From an uncultured Pelagibacteraceae bacterium (GTDB taxonomy: Bacteria; Pseudomonadota; Alphaproteobacteria; Pelagibacterales; Pelagibacteraceae), in NCBI GenBank assembly GCA_902583295.1, contig CACHUY010000003.1:694-64693 (forward strand): a stretch of 64,000 bases of DNA. The letters are read 5' to 3'. The notes beneath the pieces are model-generated. The model was not told the DNA's origin and searched no databases. It worked only from the letters and a program-made list of their open reading frames with translations. Of this stretch, positions 41,745-52,200 are shown in pieces; within the stretch, counting starts at the first letter, position 1; each line of letters begins with the position of its first letter. The position numbers and the translations under genes are program-made.

Positions 41745-42395
41745 TTATTTATCTTCTGTATTTTCTTTGTTTTCCTCGCTTTTTTCCTCTTTTTTAGAAG
41801 TTTTCTTAGATACGCCAACCAAAGAAGGTCTAAGCAACCTATCTTTGATGGTAAATCCTTTTTGAATTTCTTGAATAATTGTTCCAGGTTCTTTTGTGTC
41901 GTCTTCTATTTCCATCATTGCTTGATGAAAGTTGGGGTCTAATTTTTTATTCAAACTTTCTATCTGTTTAATAGAATTTTTTTCAAAAATTGAAATGGTA
42001 TCCTTTTTAATTATATCTAAATGTTCTAAAGATTTATTAAGAGCCTCAGTTCCTTTTAATTTGTCATCAGTTTCTAAAATTTGTTTTGACCGTTCTAAGT
42101 TATCAATTAAATTTAATGCTTCTTTAGCAAAACTATACCCACCGTATTCAAATGCTTCTTCTTTTTCTTTTTCAAACCTTCTTCTTTGATTTTCCATTTC
42201 AGCAAAAGTTCTTGCTACTTTGTCTTCCAGTTCAGCAATTTTTTCCTCTGGAGTAGGCTCTTTAATTTCTTCTTTAGCCTCTTGAGCTGCTTCTTCTTTA
42301 TTTTCACTATCTAAATTTTCCTCAGGTTTAGCTGTTTCTTTTTCTGGCTCCTGATGATTTTTAGCAGCAGTATTTTGGTTTTCTTCTTTTTCCAT
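41745..42395 (-). CDS. grpE: Nucleotide exchange factor GrpE
   Basis: AEMENQRRR, DPNFHQA, KG.....RLLRP..V motifs. Confidence 0.96.
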   Translation of the reverse strand: MEKEENQNTAAKNHQEPEKETAKPEENLDSENKEEAAQEAKEEIKEPTPEEKIAELEDKVARTFAEMENQRRRFEKEKEEAFEYGGYSFAKEALNLIDNLERSKQILETDDKLKGTEALNKSLEHLDIIKKDTISIFEKNSIKQIESLNKKLDPNFHQAMMEIEDDTKEPGTIIQEIQKGFTIKDRLLRPSLVGVSKKTSKKEEKSEENKENTEDK

Positions 42396-42403
42396 AAACC
42401 CTT

Positions 42404-42431
42404 ATATGGTAAGGATTTTGATAATTTCTAG
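42404..42431 (-). promoter_or_regulatory. RpoH-type promoter of grpE
   Basis: Minus strand CTAGAA-N14-TACCATAT, same geometry as the hslV promoter. Confidence 0.5.
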
Positions 42432-43034
42432 ATGCCTACACATAAAATAAACAAATTACTTATTGGGACAAACAACAGAGGTAAATTACGTGAAATTAGG
42501 AGTTTACTGCCAAAAAACATTGAAATTCACTCCACATCTGAATTTAATCTTAAAAGTCCAATAGAAAATGGAAAAACATTTAAAGAAAACTCCCTAATAA
42601 AATCTAAATATTTTTCAAAAAAAACAGGCCTTATATGTTTAGCAGATGACTCTGGTTTAGAAATATACCTTTTGGGTAAAAATCCTGGAATTTACTCTGC
42701 AAGATGGGGTGGAAGGCATGGAGATTTCAATAAGGCTATTAAAAAAGTTTATAGGGAACTAAGTAAAAAAGATAAAAATTGGAAATATAAAAAAATTAGA
42801 GCAAGGTTTGTATGTGCGTTATCTATTTCATGTTTAGATAAAAAAATTGCTTGTGTTCAAGGTAAAATTGAAGGGTATATTTCAAATGAACCTAAAGGGA
42901 AAAATGGATTTGGCTATGATCCTATCTTTGTTCCTAAAGGAAAAAAAAAAACATTTGGAGAAATAAAGCCTGAAAGAAAATATAAAATAGACCATAGGTA
43001 TTTTGCTTTTAAAAAACTCAGAAAATTTTTGTGA
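42432..43034 (+). CDS. rdgB: Non-canonical purine NTP pyrophosphatase RdgB/HAM1
   Basis: TNN.GKL.E, ADDSGL, PGIYSARW, GFGYDPIF, HR motifs. Confidence 0.95.
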   Translation: MPTHKINKLLIGTNNRGKLREIRSLLPKNIEIHSTSEFNLKSPIENGKTFKENSLIKSKYFSKKTGLICLADDSGLEIYLLGKNPGIYSARWGGRHGDFNKAIKKVYRELSKKDKNWKYKKIRARFVCALSISCLDKKIACVQGKIEGYISNEPKGKNGFGYDPIFVPKGKKKTFGEIKPERKYKIDHRYFAFKKLRKFL

Positions 43035-44172
43035 TTTCCTTGTCTTCAACTTTGTAAAAGTTTAATCTATGATTAATCTTATTATTTTTTACGTCAAATA
43101 TTCCTATTTTTCCTTTAAATGAGTTTTGCTTTTTAAATAATTTATTTAAATTGGTAAGATCTGACTTGAATGATAAATAATAAATGAGACCTACTAAATC
43201 ATAACTTAATAGTGACAAATGCGAGGGATCCTCATTAAAAGCATTAAAATATTTGATTTTATAATCGTCAAAATTCTCTTTATTAATTGAAGGATAATAT
43301 ATTGGCTGAACATCTGTTTCTTTTAATAAACTTTCATCAAACCATTGATTGAGGGTTATAAAATATTTTTTCTCTGGCTTAACATCCGTGTATAAAAGGG
43401 ATGTAGTCACACTCTTTAAGCTTTCATCAAAGTCAGAGATAACAACAGCATCAAAGTTTAAATTTCCAATAGTATATCTTTTTTCTAATCTTTTTATTTT
43501 CTTTTCTTTATTAGGCTCGTTTGAATTTTTAACTCTTGTAATCTCATCTTCTAGATTTTGTTTTCTTATTTTATATTTTGTGATTTCTTCTATTTGTTTG
43601 GTAAGTTTTGTTGGATCAGTATTATAATCATACTCTTTATAAGTTTTTATTTTTGAGTCTTTCATTCCCTTTTTGATTTCAAACTCATATTCTCGAATTG
43701 GTGTTAAAAAAATAGTTCTTTCAATAGCATTCATTTCTAAAAATTTTTTAATAGTATTGAATTGGGAGGTGGAATTTATACCCGCTGAAATAACATTTTT
43801 TGGAAGATCTAGGGTTTTGTTTGTTAAAGATAAAAATGTTAAATCTTTCATTTCATCCAGATAAGTTAAACTTTCATAGAAGACTGGGCCTATAATTACT
43901 GTTATGCCCATTTGTTTTAATTCAAATGCTGATTTAAGAGTTTGATTAGCTCGAGAAGCTGTATCTTTAGGGTAAATTTCAATTGAACTATTATCAATAT
44001 CTTTTACAGCTAAACTTACAGCTTTAATAATTGATTGACCAATTTCTTTATTTGATCCAGTCATTGGTATTAACAAACCGATTTTAATTTTTTCACTAGC
44101 GCTGACTGTTTGAAAAAATAATAAAAATACTCCACATTTAAGGATAAAAAGAATTTTAAATAATTTAATCAT
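43018..44172 (-). CDS. Periplasmic binding-fold protein (LpoA/YraM-like)
   Basis: Signal peptide, KIGLLIP.TG, IIGPVF; divergent from rsmI as in the yraLM synteny. Confidence 0.75.
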   Translation of the reverse strand: MIKLFKILFILKCGVFLLFFQTVSASEKIKIGLLIPMTGSNKEIGQSIIKAVSLAVKDIDNSSIEIYPKDTASRANQTLKSAFELKQMGITVIIGPVFYESLTYLDEMKDLTFLSLTNKTLDLPKNVISAGINSTSQFNTIKKFLEMNAIERTIFLTPIREYEFEIKKGMKDSKIKTYKEYDYNTDPTKLTKQIEEITKYKIRKQNLEDEITRVKNSNEPNKEKKIKRLEKRYTIGNLNFDAVVISDFDESLKSVTTSLLYTDVKPEKKYFITLNQWFDESLLKETDVQPIYYPSINKENFDDYKIKYFNAFNEDPSHLSLLSYDLVGLIYYLSFKSDLTNLNKLFKKQNSFKGKIGIFDVKNNKINHRLNFYKVEDKEITKIF

Positions 44173-44207
44173 TTTAATGGTATTATAATATTTTTTTTAG
44201 CTAAATT

Positions 44208-45071
44208 ATGATCATTAAACCACAATCTAAAATAAAAGATAATGAAAATGGTCTTTATATAGTCTCAACACCAATAGGAAATTTGAAAGATATTACTATA
44301 AGAGCAGTAGAAGTATTAAAACAATCAGATTTCATTTTATGTGAAGACACTCGAATTTCAAAAAATTTATTGAATAAATATGAAATCAAATCAAAATTAA
44401 TTTCAAATCATAAATTTAATGAAAAAAAAAATACTATAAAAATAATTGAATATTTAAAATCTGGAAAATTAATATCTCTAATTTCAGATGCTGGGACCCC
44501 TGTTATTTCTGATCCAGGCTCAGTTTTAATTAATGAGTGTGTTAAAAGTAATATTAAGATTGTACCAATTCCTGGTCCATCAGCAGTGGTGACTGCCATA
44601 TCTATTAGTGGATTTTCAGATCAATTTTTCTTTTATGGTTTCCTACCGGATAAAAAACAGCAAATAACTGATGAGCTAAAAAAAATATCTGAATTTAACT
44701 CAACTTTAGTTTTTTTTATATCTCCTAAAAAAATTAATAAAATTATACCCGAAATTAAAAAATATTTTAGTGAGAGAAAAATTGTGATTTGTAGAGAGAT
44801 TACTAAGTTATACGAAGAGTTTTTAAGATCAAATGTAGATGAATTAGAAGAATTTCAAAAAGAACCGAAAGGCGAATTAACAGTTGTTATTTCAGAAAGA
44901 AAGACTGATGAAAATAATTCTAAAAATCTGAATGAATCTGATATTAATATAATTAATAAAATGATTAATAAACTTACAATAAAAGAAATTACTGAATTAA
45001 TTTGTCAAAACAGTAAAGTTTCAAAAAAGCTAGTATATAATTATTGTTTAAAGTTAAAAAATGAAAAATAA
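44208..45071 (+). CDS. rsmI: 16S rRNA C1402 2'-O-methyltransferase RsmI
   Basis: LYIVSTPIGNL.DIT.RA, CEDTR, SDAGTP.ISDPG, REITK.YEE motifs. Confidence 0.96.
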   Translation: MIIKPQSKIKDNENGLYIVSTPIGNLKDITIRAVEVLKQSDFILCEDTRISKNLLNKYEIKSKLISNHKFNEKKNTIKIIEYLKSGKLISLISDAGTPVISDPGSVLINECVKSNIKIVPIPGPSAVVTAISISGFSDQFFFYGFLPDKKQQITDELKKISEFNSTLVFFISPKKINKIIPEIKKYFSERKIVICREITKLYEEFLRSNVDELEEFQKEPKGELTVVISERKTDENNSKNLNESDINIINKMINKLTIKEITELICQNSKVSKKLVYNYCLKLKNEK

Positions 45072-45654
45072 GTTACTATTACTTATATTTGTTGGATTTA
45101 TTTTGTCAGGGTGTGTTGGTGTTGGTTCTAAAGGATTATTTGGCACAGGTGTTTCAGTCGCATTAGATCCAAGAACATTAGGAACACAGATTGACGACTC
45201 CATTATGCAAAAGAGTTTAACCGCTAGAATTTTAGCTAAAGATAAAAAGTACTTCCTATCAGTAAAATCTAAAGTACTCGATGGAAGAATTTTTTTGACA
45301 GGAAAAGTCGATAGACCTGAGGAGAAATTACAAATAACAAAAATTGCTTGGGAGACAAAAGGTACTAGATCAGTTCGGAACGATATTAAAATAAAAGAAG
45401 AATTTAATTTTAAACAATCTGCTAAAGATATTTTAATTACTACTCAGCTTAGAACAGCTTTAATAGTTAACAAAAATATTAAAGCTACTAATTATCAAAT
45501 AGATACATACAAAAAAAAAATATATGTATATGGAATTGCTCAAACATCTGAGGAAAAAGATTTAGTTATTAGTGAAGCTAAAGAAATCTTAGATGTCGAG
45601 AATGTAATTGCAAGTATAATACTTGTTGAAGATCTAAGAATTCAAAAAGATTAA
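45061..45654 (+). CDS. Dual BON-domain lipoprotein (DolP/YraP-like)
   Basis: Lipobox LSGC, D.RT.GTQIDD, GRIFLTG, D..IT motifs. Confidence 0.88.
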   Translation: MKNKLLLLIFVGFILSGCVGVGSKGLFGTGVSVALDPRTLGTQIDDSIMQKSLTARILAKDKKYFLSVKSKVLDGRIFLTGKVDRPEEKLQITKIAWETKGTRSVRNDIKIKEEFNFKQSAKDILITTQLRTALIVNKNIKATNYQIDTYKKKIYVYGIAQTSEEKDLVISEAKEILDVENVIASIILVEDLRIQKD

Positions 45655-47940
45655 TTATTTTTTATAATCTATAACCTCAGAGGAGTAGGCAGCTATAGAT
45701 GCTAAATTAATTATTTCTGAAGTTGAAGATCTTAGGGGTGCAATCTCAATTGGAAGCCCAAGCCCAATTAGCAAAGGTCCAATGACTTTTGTGTCTCCGA
45801 ATGTTTTCATTAGCTTATATGATATGGCTGCACTGTGCTGACCAGGCATAATCAGAATATTTGCTTTACCAACTATTTTTGCAAAAGGATATAATTCTTT
45901 GTACTCAGAGTTTAATGCAACATCAGGCTGCATGTCTCCATCAAATTCAAAATCTACTTTTTTATCTTTTAAAATTTCAACAGCATCTCTTATGTGTTTG
46001 GTTCGACTTGTTAAAGGCTGGCCGAAAGTTGAATGAGAGACAAATGCAACTTTAGGTTCAAATCCAAACAGTCTAACCACTCTTGCTGTTGATATTGCAA
46101 TTTCTGCCATTTGCTCTGATGTTGGATATTCATGAACACTAGTGTCACCTATAAATATAGTTTTTCCTTTGTGGACAACCATATTTAACCCAAACATGAT
46201 CTCACCTTTTCGAACATCTACAACTTGCTTAATCTTTTCCAAAGAGGCACCAAAACGTCTTGTATTGCCAGTTACGGCGCCATCAGCGTCTCCACATGCA
46301 ACCATACTTGTAGCCCATATAACTCTATCATTCCTTACTAATCTATCACAATCACGTTCGAGTAAACCTTGTTCTCTTTGTAACTTTTTAAATATATGTT
46401 TGGCGTACTTATTTCTTTTCTCTTCATCCTTTGAATTTATTATTTCGATATCAAAGTTCTCATTGTATCCAATATTTTTAATTTGTTCTTTAATTTTACT
46501 TTCTTTGCCAACTAAAATAGGAATTCCTAACTTAGAATTTTTAAATGCAATTGCTGCTTTTAAAGTATTTTCATCTTCTCCATCAGCAAATACAATTTTT
46601 TTTTGATTATTTTTTATAAATGAGTTTATACCTTGCATTATAGTAACCGTTGGATCCAATCTTTGTTTAAGTTGTTCTTTATAAATTTCAAAATCTTCAA
46701 TATTTTTTCTAGCTACTCCACTTTTCATTGCAGCTTTCGCCACAGCAGCCGGAATAACACTTATTAATCTTGGATCAAATGTAGATGGAATAATATAATC
46801 TTTTCCATAATGTGGTCTTTCACCACCCATTGCAGCCACCACTTCATCTGGAACATCTTCCCTTGCAAGTTTAGCTATTGCTTGAGATGCAGCAACTTTC
46901 ATTTCTTCATTAATAGTTTTAGACCTCACATCTAAAGCCCCTCTAAAAATATATGGGAAACCAATTAGATTATTTACTTGATTAGGATAATCCGATCTTC
47001 CAGTTGCTATAATTGCGTCATTTCTTACTTCATTTATTTCTTCCGGTAAAATTTCAGGGTCTGGATTAGCACAAGCAAAAATAATTGGATTTTTTGCCAT
47101 ACTCTTAACCATTTCTTTTTTAAGAACACCTTTTGCTGATAATCCTAAAAATACATCAGCACCTTTCATTGCGTCCTCAAGAGTTCTTAGTTTAGTGTCA
47201 ACTGCATATTTTGATTTCCACTGATCTATACCCTCGGTTCTTCCTTTATAAATTACACCTTTTCTATCAAGCATGATTATATTTTCTGTAGGCACCCCTG
47301 AATTTTTAAATAATTCAGTGCAAGCTTGGGCAGATGCTCCAGCACCATTAACCACAACTTTGATTTCTTTAATTGATTTTCCACTTATATCTAGAGCATT
47401 TATTAGTGCGGCTGTTGTAATTATTGCAGTACCATGCTGATCATCATGAAAAACTGGAATATCCAAAATTTCTCTTAATTTTTGTTCAATTATAAAGCAA
47501 TCTGGAGCTGCTATATCCTCTAAATTAATTCCTCCAAAGCTTGGAGCAAAATTTTTAATAGAATTAATAATTTCGTTGGTATCTTTGGAGTCTATTTCAA
47601 GATCTATAGAGTCAATGTCGGCAAACCTTTTGAATAAGACTGCCTTTCCCTCCATCACTGGTTTAGAGGCTAATGCCCCTAAATTCCCCATCCCCAAAAT
47701 AGCTGAACCATTACTGATAACTGCAACCAAATTTCCTTTACTTGTATAATCATAAACTGCTTCTGGATTTTCACTGATCTCTTTTACTGGGGCCGCAACA
47801 CCTGGAGAATATGCAAGGGCAAGATCTCTTTTAGTAATCATATTTTTTGAAGAAATAATCTCGATCTTGCCAGGTTTTTTCTCTTTATGAAAATCTAAAG
47901 CTTCTTTATCAGTGTAATGATCAATCTTTGTTTTTTTCAT
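45655..47940 (-). CDS. maeB: NADP-dependent malic enzyme with PTA-like domain
   Basis: LAYSPGVA, KPVMEGK, FHDDQHGTA, ATGRSDYPNQVNN; C-terminal DG.MQ.D.AL. Confidence 0.96.
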   Translation of the reverse strand: MKKTKIDHYTDKEALDFHKEKKPGKIEIISSKNMITKRDLALAYSPGVAAPVKEISENPEAVYDYTSKGNLVAVISNGSAILGMGNLGALASKPVMEGKAVLFKRFADIDSIDLEIDSKDTNEIINSIKNFAPSFGGINLEDIAAPDCFIIEQKLREILDIPVFHDDQHGTAIITTAALINALDISGKSIKEIKVVVNGAGASAQACTELFKNSGVPTENIIMLDRKGVIYKGRTEGIDQWKSKYAVDTKLRTLEDAMKGADVFLGLSAKGVLKKEMVKSMAKNPIIFACANPDPEILPEEINEVRNDAIIATGRSDYPNQVNNLIGFPYIFRGALDVRSKTINEEMKVAASQAIAKLAREDVPDEVVAAMGGERPHYGKDYIIPSTFDPRLISVIPAAVAKAAMKSGVARKNIEDFEIYKEQLKQRLDPTVTIMQGINSFIKNNQKKIVFADGEDENTLKAAIAFKNSKLGIPILVGKESKIKEQIKNIGYNENFDIEIINSKDEEKRNKYAKHIFKKLQREQGLLERDCDRLVRNDRVIWATSMVACGDADGAVTGNTRRFGASLEKIKQVVDVRKGEIMFGLNMVVHKGKTIFIGDTSVHEYPTSEQMAEIAISTARVVRLFGFEPKVAFVSHSTFGQPLTSRTKHIRDAVEILKDKKVDFEFDGDMQPDVALNSEYKELYPFAKIVGKANILIMPGQHSAAISYKLMKTFGDTKVIGPLLIGLGLPIEIAPLRSSTSEIINLASIAAYSSEVIDYKK

Positions 47941-47989
47941 TTGTTATAATTTGTGTACAATTGGGGTAAATATAAGACTAATATGATTT

Positions 47990-49519
47990 ATGAACTTACT
48001 TAAGTCAACAGGCACATTTGGTTTTTATACGATCTTAAGCAGAATCCTTGGATATATAAGAGATATTTTAATTGCAATATTTTTAGGAACAGGTTTGTTA
48101 GCAGATGCTTTCTTTGTAGCATTTAGAATTCCAAACACATTTAGAAGACTATTTTCAGAGGGAACTTTTAATGCTGCTTTCGTTCCAACCTATGCATCAG
48201 AAATGCTTAGGGGTAAAAAGCAATCCAACAAATTTGCAAATGACATTTTTAGTCTTTTGTTTTTAAGTTTGCTATTAATAACATTGATTGTTCAATTATT
48301 TATGCCTGTTTTTGTATCCATTATTGCTCCAGGCTTTGTTGGGGACATTGAGAAAATGACAATAGCGATAACTTTGACCCGTATCACTTTTCCATTCCTA
48401 TTATTTATTTGTTTAGCATCTTTTTTTGCAGCAATATTAAACTCACATAATAAATTTGCAGCTGCATCAGGAGCACCGATAATATTAAATATTGTATTAG
48501 TTTTAGTTTTATTATTTTCGGGTTATTTAGGGGATTACCTAGTATATTATATATCTTATGGTGTATCTTTAGCAGGATTTTTACAATTATTATTTTTGTA
48601 TAAATTTGTAAGAAAACATTACTCACTTAAAATTAATTTTAAAATTAAAATATCCCACAAAGTTAAGATGTTTTTTAAAAAATTATTACCAAGTATTTTT
48701 TCCTCAGGTGTTACCCAAATAAACATATTAGTTGGAACCATTATTGCTTCATTTCAAGCAAGTGCAGTTTCATACCTATATTATGCAGATAGAATATATC
48801 AAATTAATTTAGCAATAGCTGGAATTGCAATTGGAGTTGTAGTTCTTCCTCAGTTATCAAAACACGTTCAATCTAAAAAAAAAGATAAGATTTTGTTAAT
48901 CCAAAATAAAGCGTTGGAGCTGAGTTTATTTCTGAGCTTGCCAGCATCTATTGCATTAATCCTTGGGTCTGAACAAATAATTTCAGCACTTTTTGGTTAT
49001 GGATCATTTGATCAAAATTCAGTTTTAAATTCAAGTCTAGCTCTATACTATTTTGCTTTGGGTTTACCTGCGTTCGCTTTAATCAAAGTGTTTTCTAGTT
49101 TCTTTTTTGCCAACCATAATACTAAAACACCTTTTTATATTTCTTTAATTTCTGTAATTTTAAATATCATAATAAGTGTTTATTATTTTAATGAAATTGG
49201 ATTTATAATAATCCCTATTGCAACAACAATATCATCCTGGTTCAATGGTATATTGTTATTTGTCTTTTTAAAAAATGGAAATTTTTTTTCATTTAATCAA
49301 ATATTTATAATAAAGTTTTTCAAAATAGTTATTGCTTCAATTTTGATGGGTTTTGTTTTTCAACTTTTATTAAACTTATTTCAAGATGAACTTGCATTTG
49401 AGCAAACATATAAATCTCTTTATTTGGTATTATCAGCATTATTGGGTCTAGCGTCTTACCTTATTATTTCGTATTTCATCAAAGCTTTTAAAATAAGTGA
49501 TATTCAACTAAAGTATTAA
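47990..49519 (+). CDS. murJ: Lipid II flippase MurJ
   Basis: SRILG..RD, DAF..AFRIPN.FRR.F.EG, YYADR motifs. Confidence 0.96.
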   Translation: MNLLKSTGTFGFYTILSRILGYIRDILIAIFLGTGLLADAFFVAFRIPNTFRRLFSEGTFNAAFVPTYASEMLRGKKQSNKFANDIFSLLFLSLLLITLIVQLFMPVFVSIIAPGFVGDIEKMTIAITLTRITFPFLLFICLASFFAAILNSHNKFAAASGAPIILNIVLVLVLLFSGYLGDYLVYYISYGVSLAGFLQLLFLYKFVRKHYSLKINFKIKISHKVKMFFKKLLPSIFSSGVTQINILVGTIIASFQASAVSYLYYADRIYQINLAIAGIAIGVVVLPQLSKHVQSKKKDKILLIQNKALELSLFLSLPASIALILGSEQIISALFGYGSFDQNSVLNSSLALYYFALGLPAFALIKVFSSFFFANHNTKTPFYISLISVILNIIISVYYFNEIGFIIIPIATTISSWFNGILLFVFLKNGNFFSFNQIFIIKFFKIVIASILMGFVFQLLLNLFQDELAFEQTYKSLYLVLSALLGLASYLIISYFIKAFKISDIQLKY

Positions 49520-49523
49520 TTTC

Positions 49524-50525
49524 ATGGATAAAAAAATATTCTCTGGTGTGCAACCTACAGGCAATCTTCATCTAGGTAATTATTTAGGAGCAATAAAAAA
49601 TTTTGTTAAACTAAACAACGACAATACAAATGAATGTATTTTTTGTGTTGTAGATTTACATGCCATAACAGTCAAACAAGACCCAAAAGAATTAAAAAAA
49701 AATATTAGAGAAACTGTAGCAACATTTATTGCAAGCGGGATAGATTCAAAGAAAAGTATAATATTTAATCAGTCGGGTGTTGCAGCCCATTCCGAAGGTG
49801 CCTGGATTTTAAGTTGTGTAGCTCGTATGGGATGGCTAAATAGAATGACGCAATTTAAAGAAAAAGCTGGAAAGGATAAGGAAAAAGCCAGCGTCGGATT
49901 ATATTCCTATCCTGTTCTTATGGCAGCTGATATCTTATTATATGATGCTACCCACGTTCCTGTAGGAGATGATCAAAAGCAACATCTTGAGTTGTGCAGA
50001 GATATAGCTCAAAAATTTAATAATGATTTTGGTGTAGAGGATTTTTTAAAAGTTCCTGAGCCTTTAATTCAAAAAGAATTTTCTAGAATAATGAGTTTAA
50101 AGGATGGATCAAAAAAAATGAGTAAATCTGAGTTTTCAGATTTAAGCAGAATAAACTTAACTGATGATAAAGATCAAATAATCAATAAAATTAAAAAAGC
50201 TAAAACAGATACTTTACCAATGCCAAAAGATTTAAAAGAACTTGGGGGGAGGCCAGAGGCACAAAATCTTTTAGGAATTTTCGCTAGTTTGAGTAATTCA
50301 ACTTTAGAAATTTCTGTAGAAAAATTTGCTGGTAAGAATTTTTCAGAGTTTAAACAAGAGCTATCTGAATTATTAGTTAATAAAATAATTCCAATATCTG
50401 AGGAGATAAAAAAATTACTTCAAGACCAGTCATATCTCGATTCTATCCTTCTAGATGGAGTTGAAAAGGCTAACAAAATTGCTTCAAAAAAGATCAAAAA
50501 TATAAAAGAAATTGTAGGTTTTTAA
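49524..50525 (+). CDS. trpS: Tryptophan--tRNA ligase
   Basis: [34 protein letters not shown] motifs. Confidence 0.98.
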   Translation: MDKKIFSGVQPTGNLHLGNYLGAIKNFVKLNNDNTNECIFCVVDLHAITVKQDPKELKKNIRETVATFIASGIDSKKSIIFNQSGVAAHSEGAWILSCVARMGWLNRMTQFKEKAGKDKEKASVGLYSYPVLMAADILLYDATHVPVGDDQKQHLELCRDIAQKFNNDFGVEDFLKVPEPLIQKEFSRIMSLKDGSKKMSKSEFSDLSRINLTDDKDQIINKIKKAKTDTLPMPKDLKELGGRPEAQNLLGIFASLSNSTLEISVEKFAGKNFSEFKQELSELLVNKIIPISEEIKKLLQDQSYLDSILLDGVEKANKIASKKIKNIKEIVGF

Positions 50526-50577
50526 CAAATAATTAATATCACGTTTTAATTTTCAAAATATAAACTATATATAATTT

Positions 50578-51123
50578 ATGTTTGTACAGACTGAAGTTAC
50601 ACCAAATCCAAATTCATTGAAATTTCTACCTGGGAAGAATGTTTCAAACAGTGGTCCTTATGAAATTACTAATAAAGATCAAATTAATAATGAATTAGTT
50701 AGAAATATTTTATCTGTTAATGGAGTTGAAGGTGTTTTCTTAGGAAAAGACTTTATATCAGTCAACAAAAGTGAACAAATTAAATGGGATGAAATAAAAC
50801 ATATTGTGACTTCTTTTATTAATGATTTTTATTCTAATGGGAAAGAGTTTGTTATTGATGAAAATATTAAAGAAAAAGAAGAGCAGTCTGACCTAGATGA
50901 AATCGAGCAAAAAATAGTAAAAATCTTAGATCAAAAAATAAGACCAGCTGTTGCTAGAGATGGTGGAGATATTAAGTTTAAAGAATATAAAGATGGTGTT
51001 GTTAAAGTACAATTACAAGGTAGTTGCTCAGGGTGTCCTAGTTCTACAATGACTTTAAAACAGGGAGTTAAAAATCTATTGTGTCATTATCTACCTGAAG
51101 TTAAAGAGGTAATTGCTATTTAA
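50578..51123 (+). CDS. NifU/Nfu family Fe-S carrier
   Basis: TPNPNSLKF N-domain, IRPAVARDGGDI, GSCSGCPSS. Confidence 0.95.
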   Translation: MFVQTEVTPNPNSLKFLPGKNVSNSGPYEITNKDQINNELVRNILSVNGVEGVFLGKDFISVNKSEQIKWDEIKHIVTSFINDFYSNGKEFVIDENIKEKEEQSDLDEIEQKIVKILDQKIRPAVARDGGDIKFKEYKDGVVKVQLQGSCSGCPSSTMTLKQGVKNLLCHYLPEVKEVIAI

Positions 51124-51126
51124 ATT

Positions 51127-52200
51127 ATGAATAAGAATATAAAAATAAGCCACAAAAGAGTAAAAAATAAAATATTAAACATTTTTGCAAGATTTTCTTT
51201 AAGTGCTTTAGTTGTTACATTGTTTTTTTACACTGCACCAATTTTTATAAATTTCGCACACAAAAATTTTAATAATAAAGAATTTACAAATAACTCTAAA
51301 AATATTTTAAATAAAACCTTGAACAAAGGCAAAACATTTGAAGAGGATGATTCATGGGGGCAAAGTAATGAGATGGATCTTCTCTACGATATTTTAGAAG
51401 AAAATAACTCAGAAATAAATCTCGTAAGATATACTACCTCAGAGATCAGCTCTCTATTTAAGGAAGTAAAATATGACTTGGAAGAAGTAAGAGATACAAA
51501 GTTAGTTAAACCCATTGATATTGGTTTACTTCCTAATGAAATTAAAAACATAAGCAATACAAAAAAAAGAAAAGAAATGTTTATAAAAATAGTTTTACCT
51601 CTAATTGTTAAAGAAAATAATAAAATCAGAATAGATAGAAAAAGACTTTTTACGATTCTAAGTAAAAATAGCAATACAGAAATTGAAAAGAAGTGGTTAG
51701 AAAAAAAATATAAACAGTATGGTGTAAGACAAAAAGATCTTTCAACTTTAAAAATTAGAATGGATGAAATTCCAGTTTCATTAGCAATAGCGCAAGCAGC
51801 TAAAGAAACAGGATGGGGAACTTCAAGATTTGCATTAAAAGGTAATGCTTTATTTGGACAATGGACATGGTCTGGTGAAGGATTGAAACCTAAAAATGCT
51901 GAAAAAGGTGAGGAGCATAAAGTGATGAAATTCCACAGTTTACAGCTTTCAGTTAGGGCTTATTTAAGAAATCTTAATACTCACTCATCTTATAAGAATT
52001 TAAGAAAGGCAAGAACAAAGCTTAGAAATAGAAATAAATCATTGGATAGTTTAATTTTATCAAAACATCTTGATAAGTATGCCGAAACAGGAAATGAATA
52101 TATAGAGGTACTTCAGAAAATAATAAAACAGAATAATTTAAAAGATTTTGATGAAGCACGATTGCTACCATCTAGTAAAGATTTAGAAAGTTTAATTTAA
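51127..52200 (+). CDS. Bax-like glucosaminidase (GH73-type) domain protein
   Basis: P.SLAIAQAA.E.GWGTSRF...GNALFGQW, Y..NLNTH..Y..LR motifs; N-terminal TM segment. Confidence 0.88.
   Translation: MNKNIKISHKRVKNKILNIFARFSLSALVVTLFFYTAPIFINFAHKNFNNKEFTNNSKNILNKTLNKGKTFEEDDSWGQSNEMDLLYDILEENNSEINLVRYTTSEISSLFKEVKYDLEEVRDTKLVKPIDIGLLPNEIKNISNTKKRKEMFIKIVLPLIVKENNKIRIDRKRLFTILSKNSNTEIEKKWLEKKYKQYGVRQKDLSTLKIRMDEIPVSLAIAQAAKETGWGTSRFALKGNALFGQWTWSGEGLKPKNAEKGEEHKVMKFHSLQLSVRAYLRNLNTHSSYKNLRKARTKLRNRNKSLDSLILSKHLDKYAETGNEYIEVLQKIIKQNNLKDFDEARLLPSSKDLESLI

Noticed and set aside
42483-42498. Second parS-like site (AAATTACGTGAAATTA) in rdgB
   Set aside because: Too many mismatches in the left arm.
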